Assembly: GCF_006345805.1 (NCBI RefSeq)
Contig: NC_042999.1
Location: 151,962,001 to 152,026,000, forward strand
Direction: 5' to 3'
DNA length: 64,000 nucleotides
From: Octopus sinensis
Taxonomy: Eukaryota
The number at the start of each line of letters is the position of its first letter. Position 1 is the first letter of the stretch. A model generated the notes under the pieces. That model did no database searches and was not told where the DNA came from. It worked only from the letters and a program-made list of their open reading frames with translations. Of this stretch, positions 36,167-48,866 are shown in pieces. Position numbers and translations under genes: made by a program.

Positions 36167-36344
36167 CATGTAAATATTGGGTTGAGAAACCCTTTTGACC
36201 CTCTCTAAAATAAGGATTTTATATACATATACAAAAATAGAGGGAATATTAGTGACATTGACCAGGAATATTATCATTATAATATTCAGGAATACTGTTT
36301 CAGGGGAGCATTCTGAATACTAAATACAAATATGGTACGGTCTT

Positions 36345-36409
<65 letters not shown>

Positions 36410-36424
36410 TGGAGGTAGTGATAG

Positions 36425-36722
36425 GTGACCAACACCTTTGGCAATATACTGTGCTTGTGTAGATTTGTCAAACCAAGTAAGACTGTAGTCATGGCTGATG
36501 CCCTGGGTCAGGTCATTGGCACCCATGCTGGTGGCACGTTAAAACACCCACTGTGCTCCTGGAGTGGTTGGCATTAGGAAGGGCATCCAACCGTAGAAAC
36601 CTTGCCATATCAGTTTGGGACCTGTTGCAGCACCCCTCCCCCCAGCTTACCAGTTTTCAGTCAAGCCGTCCAACCCACACCAGCATGGAAAGCGGATATT
36701 AGATGATGATGATGATGATAAT
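36425..36722 (+). mobile_element. Family D element
   Basis: Same diagnostic motifs and (GAT)n tail. Confidence 0.83.
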
Positions 36723-36938
36723 GATATATATATATGTCTCCACTAATTGCTTGGACCATCTTAATTGATTGAAGATTTTTGGCTCTCTATATTTTACACA
36801 TGTGAAACTCTGCTGTATTTGTATTTAGTTTTGCTGAATACTCCCTGAGGTATTTTCCCTTTGCCATATTGTTGATAACACATAGCTTTATTATCAAGTT
36901 CTCAAGCACATTAATATGAGAATGTATATATATACATA

Positions 36939-37000
<62 letters not shown>

Positions 37001-38297
37001 GTATATAATATACATATACAAACTGGTTAAAGGAAATGCCATAAGCAATGGATATAATTCTACACTAACAAGTTTCTAGAAGTAAGTTGCTTAAGAATGC
37101 TTCTTTTTTCCCATCTTCTTCTCTGGGAATCATACATTGAATTCCTTTTCTCACAGCAGGTGACACTGTTTGCCAATATATTTGTTTTCTGATATGAGCA
37201 TATCAGTGCTACTATGACTTAGTTCTGCTAACAACATAGCTTTTGAAAATCTCATAAGTATATTCAAGTGAGATTTATTTTATTGTGGCTTTCGGATTAA
37301 ACAGCTATCAAATTTTTTTTAAAGAATGGGTATGTGAGAAAGGAGAAATATAATTTATTGGCAAAATAATTCTAAAAACATGTAAGTTTTTTTTTAATCT
37401 TTCAAATGTGTTTTTAAATTTTTTCTCCTTGAAATCTGCAAAGGGGAAAAAAACAAACAAAAAATAACTATGAAATATTCCTTGCTTATGTTTCTCTTTT
37501 GGTTTTTTGGTGTTGTATAGGCTGTCAGTAAAGGCAACATAGATTAATAGCTTTTAGTATCAGTTTTGAAAAGTGATCTGTTAAATTGACCAAAGTTCTT
37601 TAAGGATGTGTTTACTATCAAGTCTGCTAGAAGTCTCTAAAATTCTATATATGCAACTCTTTTACTATCTTGTTATTTCTGTCTTAGCCTGAACATACTG
37701 GGGCATTGCATTGAAGAACTTTAGTCAAACAAATCCATCTCAGTACTTACTTTTTCTTAAGCATGATAGTTGTTCTGTTGTTTTCTTTTGCCGAACTGCT
37801 AAGTCAAAGGAATGTAAACATATGCACATGATATACATAACCATATTTCTGATAAAGCTTTAGTTTCAGTTAACTTGGAAAATAACGGAAAATTTGGCAA
37901 AATAACTTGGAGTAAATTATCATGAAATTTGAAGGGAAGGCTGTAATTTAGATCACTTTAAACAGGAAACTTGTGTCATAGGACCAAGGGAAGTCTCAGA
38001 TGAACCAGTAAAAAAAATAAAAAAATAGAAATTCAGAAAAGGTTTCAGAATTTGGTTACCAGATATATATTGGGAATATTTTTTCACTGCTAAAATATCC
38101 TTCCTAAGGTTAATTAAAACATATACTGTTGCAATGAAATACAAGTATTTGAACATGAAAACTATACAGTTGTTAGAGATAAAGCTTGTTTATTTTATTA
38201 GCTGGTGGACAATTTTCATATCAAGTACTTCTTTACATGAATTAACATTTGTTTGTTTAGTGCTTATTTTTGAAATAACTATGCCGATACATACTGA

Positions 38298-38493
38298 ATA
38301 GGTGCAGATGTGGCTGTGTAGTAAGAAGTTTGCTTCCCAACCACATGGTTGTGGGTTCAGTTCCTCTGTGTGGCACCTTGGGCAAGTGTCTTCTATTATA
38401 GCTTCAGGCTGATCAAAGCCTTGTAAGTGGATTTGGTAGACAAAAACTGAAAGAGATTCATTGTGTATGTGCATATGCATATATGTGTGTGTG

Positions 38494-38525
<32 letters not shown>

Positions 38526-38539
38526 TATATGTGTGTTTG

Positions 38540-38577
<38 letters not shown>

Positions 38578-38651
38578 TATATGCATATATATATATGTAG
38601 ATATATGTATATTTGTATATATGTATATATATAGTATATATATTATATGTT

Positions 38652-38717
<66 letters not shown>

Positions 38718-39030
38718 TATGTATGAATATATGTGTGTGTGTCTTTGTGTCTGTGTTTGTTCCCCATTACTGCTTAACAATTGGTGTTTACTTCCCTGTA
38801 ATTTAGTATTTCGGCGAAAGTAACTGATATACTCTTTTACTCTTTTACTTGTTTCAGTCATTTGACTGCAGCCATGCTGGCGCACCACCTTTAGTCAAAC
38901 AACTCGACCCCGGGACTTATTCTTTGTAAGCCCAGTCTCTTTTGCTGAACCGCTAAGTGACGGGGACATAAACACACCAGCATCGGTTGTCAAGCAATGC
39001 TAGGAGGACAAACACAGACACACAAACACA
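38298..39030. mobile_element. Cluster of SINE A pieces (head minus 38298-38462; body plus 38730-38825; body minus 38831-39030) around microsatellites
   Basis: Direct comparison with the family A consensus seen elsewhere in the window. Confidence 0.8.
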
Positions 39031-39123
39031 CACGCACATATATATATATATATATATATATAGTTATCAGTAATAACATAGGGTGAAATTAATTAATTTG
39101 GAATAATCATTAATTTCACCAAG

Positions 39124-39192
39124 TAGATTTCGGCATGTAAAAGCCTCATTCGAGGATGTAAAAGCCTTGAATGAGGCTTTTACATGCCGAAA

Positions 39193-39196
<4 letters not shown>
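39124..39196. repeat. Perfect 28-bp inverted repeat with 17-nt loop (Penelope-like terminus, hammerhead-like remnant)
   Basis: TAGATTTCGGCATGTAAAAGCCTCATTC / GAATGAGGCTTTTACATGCCGAAATCTA. Confidence 0.9.
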
Positions 39197-39244
<48 letters not shown>

Positions 39245-39247
<3 letters not shown>

Positions 39248-39412
39248 GACGGGCTTCTTTCAGTTTCCATCTACCAAATCCGCTCACAAGGCTTTGGTCG
39301 GCTCGAGGCTATAGTAGAAGACACTTGCCCAAGGTGCCATGCAGTGAGACTGAACCCGGAACCATGTGGTTGGTAAGCAAGGTACTTACCACACTGCCAC
39401 TCCTGCGCCTAT
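39245..39412 (-). mobile_element. SINE family A head
   Basis: Near-consensus reverse complement ending CCACTCCTGCGCCTATA. Confidence 0.92.
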
Positions 39413-39787
39413 ATATGCACGTTAATAACACCTATAAGGAGGTGCTTTTTCCATTCATCAAAATGAATGTAGCTTTTTGCAAGGAGTAACTGAAGTCACC
39501 AGATGGTATCCAATGTTTATCAAGTGTTTCAACCCTGAACTGTAACACCCTCCCTCTGGTGGATCTCTCTTTATAATAAATATTTTTTAAAATATGTACT
39601 GGGGTCGATTCATTCGACCAAAAAGTTTTTGAAGGCAGTGCCCCTGCATGGCTGCAGTCTATTGGCTGAAACAAGTAAAAGACAAAGAATATGTTTTCTC
39701 AACTGAAAGACTCACTCTTCTCTTTTATATTTACTACCCAAAAAATTTCACTTTAGCATATACTTTGTTCAAACATGTAAAACAGTA

Positions 39788-40008
39788 CAGTAGTACCTCA
39801 GTTTTCAAACAACTCTGATCACATTCAAATCATGCATATATATATAAATATATATATATATATAGATAGATAGATATAAAGTACGATTTATTCATGGTCA
39901 GAGGCATTTGTAAGTCAAGGTACTACTGTATTAAATGAATACGAGAAGACAGGAGATAAAGCACGATTTATTCATGATCAGAGTTGTTCGAAAACCTTGA
40001 TTCTACTG
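39788..40008. mobile_element. Tigger-like MITE with duplicated right end
   Basis: TA-flanked CAGTAGTACCTC / CAAGGTACTACTG (39928); second right end at 39955-40008. Confidence 0.7.
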
Positions 40009-40159
40009 TATATCAAAATAGAAATGTTTATTATAAAGGGAGAATGGACAACTAATGCTTTTGTTGCAATTACGCTTGAAAAGAATGAAGAATTTAGAAA
40101 ATGATTGTCATTATTAAGCTGGTATTTGGAAAATGAATTAACATGAAATGCAATTTTAA

Positions 40160-40382
40160 CCCTTTGTGTTCAGATTACTTTATCAAAAGTAATCCTTATT
40201 TATTCACATTAAAAAAAATTAATCTGGTATTAATTACCTTGAAGCTTCAAGATTTCAAAGATGTAATTTTTATTTTTTAGAATGACTTTGCAAGGTAGGT
40301 GTGAGCTGCTTGTTCTGGCTTGTTTGAACATAGAATGGGTAAAATATTTGGGCTGGATACAACCGGTTTAAACACTAAAGGG
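40160..40382. mobile_element. piggyBac-type MITE
   Basis: TTAA-CCCTTTGTG..CACTAAAGGG-TTAA; homologous to 4956-5174. Confidence 0.8.
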
Positions 40383-41582
40383 TTAATAGAAGGTTTTAAT
40401 TTTGATAACTTTAAAAGAGGAAGTTTGTATCATAGAACCTTAGATGATGTTGAATGGGTCAGTATAAAAAGAGTTAATTAGACAAAACAGTGAACAGACA
40501 TATCTTGTCACCAGCTCTATGTTGTTCCCACTACCGAGGTACTAAATTTTTATATGATCCAGTTCATTTGGCTGTGAATAAGTATGAAAGATCGGGTCAA
40601 CTTACCAGTGTAATCAGTAGGAGCACTGCAAAAAACTGAGTGTTTCACATACTTGCAGTACTACATTCAGTTTGTATGATAATAGTCTGAGGAGGAATGG
40701 ACTACGTTAAAACTCCATTATTGCTAATAACCATTAACTTATAAAGAACCTAATCTACAATTTATCGAATACTACTATTCTTTAAAATTTTTCACCGTTC
40801 CTGAGTGATTTTAGTAAATATTTTTGTAAACTACTTCATATAAAATTGCATATAATTGGCTGCAGTATAATATAATTACTTATTTGCAAAATTGTTATTT
40901 GGTTATTTTACTAATATTTGTCAATGTTAATAACTCTTGTAATGCCTCTAACATTAATTGTGAATACTTTTGGAGGGAAAAAAAAAATCAGACTTATGAT
41001 GTGATAAGTGATTATCACAAATGCTTGAAATATATGAGTTAAGTGAAAGCATTAGTTTAATTCTGCTGTGCCAATAACTAGACTAGATGGTTCAAGTATG
41101 ATTTAATTGCTTTTTTATAACTTTTCTGTGGTTGTCTACTAGTAGGGTGAGTTCCACTCAAGTTAGGTCATATTTCCTTATCTCCAAATAAAAGGTTTGG
41201 CATTTCACAAACATTATGTAGAATTGACTGACATTTTGGGAATGAGAGCAGAGTCATACAAATTTGTACCACCAATTTAATCTGAAATATTTTACAGTAT
41301 TTCCTTGGAGTCACAAATATCTCCAAAGCCAACAAAATTATTTAACTTTATTAAAATGCTTAAATGATATGGAAGGATGTTGATTCAGCACTAGTTGCTC
41401 ATTTGAAATCAACGATATGTTAAAGTTATATATAGGTGCAAGCATAACTGTGTGATTAAGAAGTTTGCCACATGGTTCATTGTCATTGTGTGGCACCTTG
41501 GCCAACAAATGTTTTCTATTATAGCCCATGGTTGATCAAAACCATATGAACAAATTTGTTAGATAGCAACTAAAAGAAGCTT

Positions 41583-42133
41583 CATCATCAGCATCGATTA
41601 AAGTCTGTTTTCCATGCTGGCATGGGTTGGACGGTTTGACTGAGGTCTGGAGAGCCAACAGCTGCATCCGACTCCAATCTGATCTGACAAAGTTTCTACT
41701 TCTGGATGCCCTTCCTTATGTCCTTATGCTAACCACTGCAAGAGTGTAGTGGGTGCTTTTTACGTGTCATCAGTACAGGAGCCAGTAAGGCAGGCCTGGC
41801 AATGATCACGTTCGGATGGTGCTTTTTACATGCCACCGACACAGGAGCCAGTCAGGGGGTACTAGCATTGCGCATGATTGGTTGGTGCTTTTTACATGCC
41901 ACTGGCACCGGAGCCAGTAAAGCAGGCCTGGCAATGAACATGTTCGGATGGTGCTTTTTACGTGCCACCGACACAGGAGCCAGTCAGGTGGACTTGGCAT
42001 CGATCATGCTCGGATAGTGCAGTAGAAATCATGCCAGAGCAGGCAGTAGAGCTTGGCACAGTGTTTTAGCTCCTGATAAACCGTCCAACCCCCAGCATGG
42101 AAAGCAGACAATAAATGATGATGATGATGATGT
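41583..42133. mobile_element. Family D element with 3' tails at both ends and four 66-bp internal repeats
   Basis: Minus copy 41583-42015 (units at 41752, 41818, 41884, 41950) joined to a plus-strand 3' end at about 42020-42133. Confidence 0.8.
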
Positions 42134-43476
42134 GGTGGTGGTGGTGGTAGAGGAGGAGGAGGATATAGTTTAGCCAATTGCTTGTTATTGATATTTGGAT
42201 AATGGAATGCCATGTGGATGGTAACATTGCTTTATTAAATGTGTCTAGGTACATCTGACAAGGAAGTGTGTGTGGTTGGATAGTAGCAACAAAGAGAGTA
42301 TTAAAATATATAAAACAAGAACTGTAACAAAATAAAGAAAAAAATATATACTATTTAAATACTAAAGGGAGTTCTGAATCATCCAGTATTGTGCATCATA
42401 TAATTACAATATTAGCATTTCAACTTGTGTAATGCTATATACTTCAATGAGTGGAACGATACACACACATACACACACATACACGCACACACACTTATAT
42501 ATATATACGCGCGCGCACGCAATCCAGCATATATTTTGTTTTCTTATTTCGCTATAGAACCAAAGATTCCAGCAGAGCTCACAATGTTCTGGATTATTCG
42601 TGACTGAGGCGGGCAAATTAGGCCGAAATGCCGGTGTCTGATGGTTCGTGAATGTCATTCTGAGTGAGCTCTGTATTTTTAATACACAGTCTCTTAAGAG
42701 AACTTGCTCTGAAATAAAATATTACACCTATCACCGTTCTATATTTGTATATACATTAATTTTAGCTTTTATACAGATCGTTATATGTGGGGGGGGGGCG
42801 TGTGTATGTGTGTGTGTATGCATAATATTATTTGTAATTTTTATGTATCATCGTATGGAATACACGGCGATATTATCCTGTTTCTATTGATATGTACGTA
42901 TGTATGTATGTTACTGAGCCGCTAAATATTGTACAAATAAGAACACAAGTTATTACGTCGTTACATTCATACATTCATTATATGGTTAGTGCATATGCCA
43001 GCTTCTAATGTTTCACGCAAACTGTACGTCTATTATTATAATACCATTAGATGATAATGGTCAAAAGTACATCTGTTTCATACTAGAAATGTGGTTTATA
43101 AAACACACACACACACACACACACACAGATATATATATACTGTTTTTTTTTGTTTTTTTTTTTGCATCTGCTGTTTAGAAAACAAGTTTCAGGCAATAGC
43201 AGGTTTGTTTTTGAAGTGATGTAACTTTTGACTCTAACAATATACTACAAGCTGCCATGATTCATTTGCCTTCCATCTTTAACTACACTGTTACAAGCAT
43301 TTCATTCATGATGCTGCCTCTGTATAGCCACAAGTCCGCAGTTATTCTATAACACCGTCTCCATTTCCATTTCGTTATTACGCTATAAAAGAAAAGAAAA
43401 AAAGCAGAAATGCTATTTTGTATTTTTGCATATGGCATTATATTGAAGGCGTGTACATATACATACACACACCATT

Positions 43477-43535
<59 letters not shown>

Positions 43536-44249
43536 TGTGTGTATGTGTGTGTGTACGTACACACCAGAGAAATTTAATAAATATAATTTATTACAATGTT
43601 TTCATAAATGAAACTTAGTATGCCGATCGCATTGCAAGGAACTATTATCTTTCATGCTCACAAGCTCCATCAATGACAAACCCCATCGTCATCGTCATCA
43701 TCATCATCATCATCATCATCGCCGCCGTCGTCGTCGTCGTCATCATCATTATCATTATCATTATCATGTATCCTCTCTGCTTGTTACACTACACAAAGAA
43801 ACTATTTGTTCGGTTTATACCAGAGCCTACTTGGCTGTCAGCTATAGTGCCGGTTTACTTGACTAAACAATGAATCTTTTGAACTTTTTACATTTATACA
43901 TTATAAATAGCACGAACCTCATTTATAGGAATTGTTTGTATCGATTCTGGAGGTATGTCCTGATGGCAGCAACCTACATTACAGACGTAACTCGATTGAA
44001 ATTCCACAAATATTTATGTACATATATGAATAAGTCTGCAACTAAACGGATTGTGAAGCTACAACTGCAAGACAAGTCTTAGTGGTGTTCATTGATTTAT
44101 TAATTAATTAGACTTCGTCTAAAAGAGTACAAATGGAGCAATGTTTGTAGAGTAAAAAAAAAAAATAGAGGAGTACGCCACTCCAAATTGTTTTTCTTTC
44201 TTATTAAAGTTAGACCTACAAGTGATTTAATGCTGCGTGTATTTCTTTT

Positions 44250-44450
44250 TAATTTTGGCACAAGGCCAGCAATTTTAGGGAGAAGCTAGTAAGTCGATTA
44301 CATCAATGTTGCAATGATGTTTATTTTTTATCGATCCTGAAAGGATGAGGAGGTAAAGTCAACCCTAACAGCTTTTGAACTTAGAACGTATGAAATGCTA
44401 CTCAGCGTTTTTGTCCCCCGCGCTAACGATTTTACTAGCTCACTGCCTCA
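44250..44450 (-). mobile_element. SINE family B
   Basis: Reverse complement of head and core. Confidence 0.82.
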
Positions 44451-44559
44451 CTACATATAATTAAAGCATTAGTCAGTCCTGATCGGACTGTCCCAATTGT
44501 GGCTATCCCGCTTGAAAACTTGACCCAGAGGCAGAAGCGGACTGAGAGTATTAAGGGCC

Positions 44560-45400
44560 CTCGGGTATAACTGTTTGTCCTCTCTGTATTTAGCCCCTTG
44601 TGGGTAGTAAAGAAATAAGGTATTTCGTCTGTCTTTATGTTCTGAGTTCAAATTCCGCAAACGTCGACTTTGGCTTTCATCCTTTCGTGGTCGATAAATT
44701 AAGTACCAGTTGCGTGCTGGAATCAATCTAATCGACTGGCTCCTTCCCCAAAATTTTAGGGCCTTATGCCTAGAGTAGAAAAGAATAAGGAAGGCGGCGA
44801 GCTGGCAGAAACGTTAGCACGCCGGGCGAAATGCGTAGCCGTATTTCGTCTGCCGTTACGTTTTGAGTTCAAATTCCGCCGAGGTCGACTTTGCCTTTCA
44901 TCCTTTCGGGGGTCGATAAATAAGTACCAGTTACGCACTGGGTCGATATAATCGACTTAATCCGTTTGTCTGTCCTTGTTTGTCCTCTCTGTGTTTAGCC
45001 TCTTGTGGGTAGTAAAGAAATAGGTATTTCGTCTGTCTTTACGTTCTGAGTTCAAATTCCGCCGACGTCGACTTTGGCTTTCATCCTTTCGGGGTCGATA
45101 AATTAAGTACCAGTTGCGTGCTGGAATCGATCTAATCGACTGGCTTCTTCCCCCAAAATTTCGGACCTTATGCCTAGAATAGAGAAGAATAAGGAAGGCG
45201 GCGAGCTGGCAGAATCATTAGCACGCCGGACAAAATAGTTAGCGTCAGTTCGTTCAGTTTTTCGTTCTGAGTTCAAATTCCGCCGAGGTCGACTTTGTCA
45301 TTCATCCTTTCGGAGTCTATAAAATAAGTACTAGGGTTCATGTAATCGACTCATCCCCCTCCTCCGAAATCGCTGGCCTTGTGTCAAAATTTGAAACGGA
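44560..45400 (+). mobile_element. Tandem array of SINE family B units
   Basis: Identical tail-head junction AAGAATAAGGAAGGCGGCGAGCTGGCAGAA at 44781 and 45185. Confidence 0.9.
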
Positions 45401-46609
45401 CGTCAAAATAAGTAATAATACTAACAAAATCACCGCTAACCCTTTGGCAAGTTCGACCATACAAGCATGAAGGCACAACATTGCATAACTATTAATTAAT
45501 TGAATTGGCTCTATGTCATTACTAGTATTGCTTTTATCAGTCCTAGAACTCAAACCACGTGGAATTCGATCTTATAATACAATGGCGTTTAGTCTTCACG
45601 CAAGCAAATAGGCCATTATGTTAAAGTTGTGCCCCGCGAAGAATTGCGTTTCAACGTTTTAGGAAGTAGATTCGAACTCAGAAAGAAGGTATTTTAAAGG
45701 TTAATACTTTATACCTTTGGCCATTCTGCATCTGCTCAATTTTACACTAAATTTAACCTTTAGTAGGATATTGACCTTGTTAAACATCGTTTGTAACCCG
45801 AGGCAATAATTACGATATATTTTCGAGAAGCAGGAATAAAGCACGTAATCAGATGAGACACTTGTACAGTTGCAGGCCATGTCTGTCTGACAGGTTGATA
45901 TGCTTGGTGTTAGAGTTGATATTTTAACTGTTCACTGTTAGAAGGGAAGAATGAGCGAGAGAACGAGAGAGGTGGGGGACAGAGAGAGTCCATAACAATG
46001 TAGTTTGGGAAAGATAGAACTGTACGTATTATTTATTGCATAACCTTGGAATTCTTGCTGGCGCAATAATAGCTAAAGTTAAATACATGAAAACAGCAAA
46101 ATTTATTGGTGAATTCGAGAGATTGTAATAGTTTGTTAATTAATAAAATATGATCAGATCAATCAAGGGTGATTAAAGGGAACAGATTGTAACACACACA
46201 CACACACATCGATACGATTAGATGCGCTTAACAATCAAACCACTTTAATGGCGTTATATATATATATTAGCATTTTGAAGATCAGTTCGTCATTTTTCAT
46301 TTGCTTGCGCGGTGAATTTGAAAAATTATAACATATAATGATGAGACACGCGTTATTTGTCTCTAAATTATATGTTAATGTTATGACGCGGTTACTGATG
46401 AGAATTTCGCCTAGCAAATTATTTTATTTGCTAAATAAAATTCGAAACCTAGGTATAACCGTAAAAAAATAACAAGGTGAAAGTTTTTATTTTTCATTCC
46501 CTTCGAAGTTGCTCTTAAACGTGATTTTGGTCGTTTTGACTTCTTCTATAGTGTAAAACTACCTATTAAAGGTAGTTTCTCTTGTCTTTAAGTGTACACT
46601 ATTTTATAA

Positions 46610-46653
<44 letters not shown>

Positions 46654-46654
46654 T

Positions 46655-46865
46655 ATATAACAGGAAGCTTTACGAAAATAAACAAAAGACGAAGGCAGGT
46701 GGAATACAAACAAACAATTGTATTAGTATGGCGCTCAGGAATAGAAATAAAACAAGTCTTTTACGTTTCGAGCCTACGCTCTTCGACAGAAAGATACACA
46801 GAAAAAAAAAACACGGAGAGAAACAAGGAGAGAAAAAAAAGCGTGCAGAAGCTAACGAATCAACA
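46655..46865 (-). mobile_element. Penelope-like terminal fragment
   Basis: Between (TA)n runs; carries a hammerhead motif. Confidence 0.6.
46757..46794 (-). ncRNA. Minimal type I hammerhead ribozyme, A6U variant
   Basis: Minus: UCUUU CUGUCGA A GAGC-GUAG-GCUC GAAA CGUA AAAGA; perfect helices I and II, palindromic helix III. Confidence 0.62.
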
Positions 46866-47019
46866 TATATATATATATATATTACAATGACTACAAAGTT
46901 TCAGCCTTGGTCTTGCCTTGCAGACAATACAAGGGAAATAATCGCTTCATAATATTTGGTGGGATTAGAAGTTTGAATTTGAAATTATGTATGCGAAGAA
47001 AATACGGAGAAGGCACATA

Positions 47020-47330
47020 TCTATATACTCGTTTCAGTCATTACACTGCGGCCACGCTGGGGCACCGTTTTGAACAATATTTAGTCGAATGAATCGACAC
47101 CAGTGTCTTTTGCGTAAACACACCAACACCAATAGTCAAGTGGTGATGAGAATACACATACACACATATATACATATGACAGGTTTCTTTCAATTTCGAC
47201 CAAATCTACTCACAAAGCTTTGGTTGACCCGAAGCTATAGAAGAATACAGTCCACTGCGTAGAGGGACTGAACTTGGAACCGCGTGGTTGAGAAGCAAGC
47301 TTCTTACCACATTGCCACGCCTGCACCTAT
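47020..47330 (-). mobile_element. SINE family A
   Basis: Body and head in reverse complement. Confidence 0.82.
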
Positions 47331-47637
47331 ATTTCAATTTCTTATTTATACATATATGGGAATAGCGTTTCACATTACTGCAAACTCGTATTTTAGATGT
47401 ATTTTGTGATTTCTTTATGACCAAAGTGTGTGATCTTTTCTGTTTCGCACACCAACTCCGAGTATTTGAAATTTTCTAAACACATGTAACTTTTCATGTT
47501 AATTATGAACCTTCCACCCTTCGCCCTTGTGGCAAATAAGTGAAATCATTCTTCTTCTTCTTCTTCTTTTTCTTATTCTTCTTCTTCTTTTTCTTCTTCT
47601 TCTTCTTGTCGTCGTCATCGTCATCATCATCATTACT

Positions 47638-48425
47638 TAAGGCAGCGAGCTGGCAGAGTCGTTAGCACGCCGGGCGAAATTGCTTAGCGGTATTTTGTCC
47701 ATCGTTATGTTCTGAGTTCAAATTCTGCCGAGGTCGACTTTGCCTTTCATCCTTTCGGAGTCGATAAATTAAGTACCAGTTATGCACTAGGGTCGATGTA
47801 ATTGACTTAATCCGTTTGTCTGTTCTTGTTTGTCCCCTCTGTGTTTAGCCCCTTGTGGGCAATAAGCCCCCCCCCCCCCCAAAAAACCCCCAGGTATTTT
47901 GTCCGTCGCTATGTTCAAATTCTGCCGAGGTCGACTTTGCCTTTCATCCTTTCAGGGTCGATAAATTAAATATCAGCGAAACACTCGGGTGAATGCATTT
48001 GACTAGTCCCCTCCCGCAAAATTTCAGGCCTTGTGCCTTTAGTAGAAAGGATTATTACTATTATTACTTAAGGTTGTGAGCTGGCAGAATCGTTAGGGCA
48101 CTCGGCTAAATGCCTAGCAATATTTCATCCGTCTGTACGTTCAAATGCTGCCGAGACCGACTTTGCTTGACACCCTTTCGGAGTCGATGAAATAAGTGCC
48201 AGTTACGTACAGGGTCGATATAACTAGCCTCCAAGGCCGGCCCGAGAGTTGCTGGCACCCCGAGCAAGCTGAACTTCGGCGCCCTTACATGTATAATTTT
48301 TGTCTTTGTCACGCCCTCCTTGGCGCCTCGGGAGACTGCCCGAGTTGCCGGTGCTTTGAGCCGGCCCTGCTAATCCCCTCCCTGCAAATTTCAGGCCGTG
48401 TGCCTTTAATAAAAAGGAATATTAT
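47638..48425 (+). mobile_element. Two consecutive SINE family B copies
   Basis: Heads at about 47640 and 48070; the first is dimeric. Confidence 0.88.
48232..48369. mobile_element. GC-rich hAT MITE nested in SINE B
   Basis: TIRs CAAGGCCGGCCCGA / TGAGCCGGCCCTG; imperfect 8-bp TSD CTAGCCTC/CTAATCCC. Confidence 0.65.
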
Positions 48426-48835
48426 TACTATTTCTTGAGAAATTCAAACATTAAATTACGTAACTTTAAAATCTGAATCTTTAGGGGTATTTCGACCATT
48501 CAGAAGCGGCCAGTTTCAACACATTGGCTTTGGGATTTGTTGTGGGACAAAATGATCTATAACAGTAATTTTTCCTCTCTTCTCTGCCCCCCTCTCTCTC
48601 TCCTTCTCTTTCCCTCTTTCTTTTACAGGAAAAGGAAACCTGATTCTCGATGTTGATTGATGAATAAGACTGACTGATAATTTTAAATAGCGAATGGTGT
48701 AGTTGGAAGAAACTTTAGATCATTTATGCATAATGGATGAGATTGGCCGAGAGAGAAAGGAATGGATGATAGTATTGTCAGTTGGCAATTTGATGAAATT
48801 GCATGACAGAATAGTACTTCTTAAATTATTCATTT

Positions 48836-48859
<24 letters not shown>

Positions 48860-48866
<7 letters not shown>

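Noticed and set aside
40607-40690. Minus-strand exon with a perfect gtaagt donor
   Set aside because: The long version has stops in all frames; only a 20-nt version is open and it is unsupported. It could be a UTR exon.
41752-42015. CRISPR-like repeat-spacer appearance of the 66-bp array
   Set aside because: Units are homologous along their whole length, sit inside a eukaryotic retroelement, and no cas genes are present.
43929-43952. 24-nt plus-strand microexon candidate (tttatag|..GAG|gtatgt)
   Set aside because: All frames are open and it cannot be linked to other exons; such sites arise by chance in AT-rich DNA.
48629-48660. Strong polypyrimidine acceptor followed by short frames
   Set aside because: Stops within about 10 codons in all frames, no donor, and the tract is a CT microsatellite.
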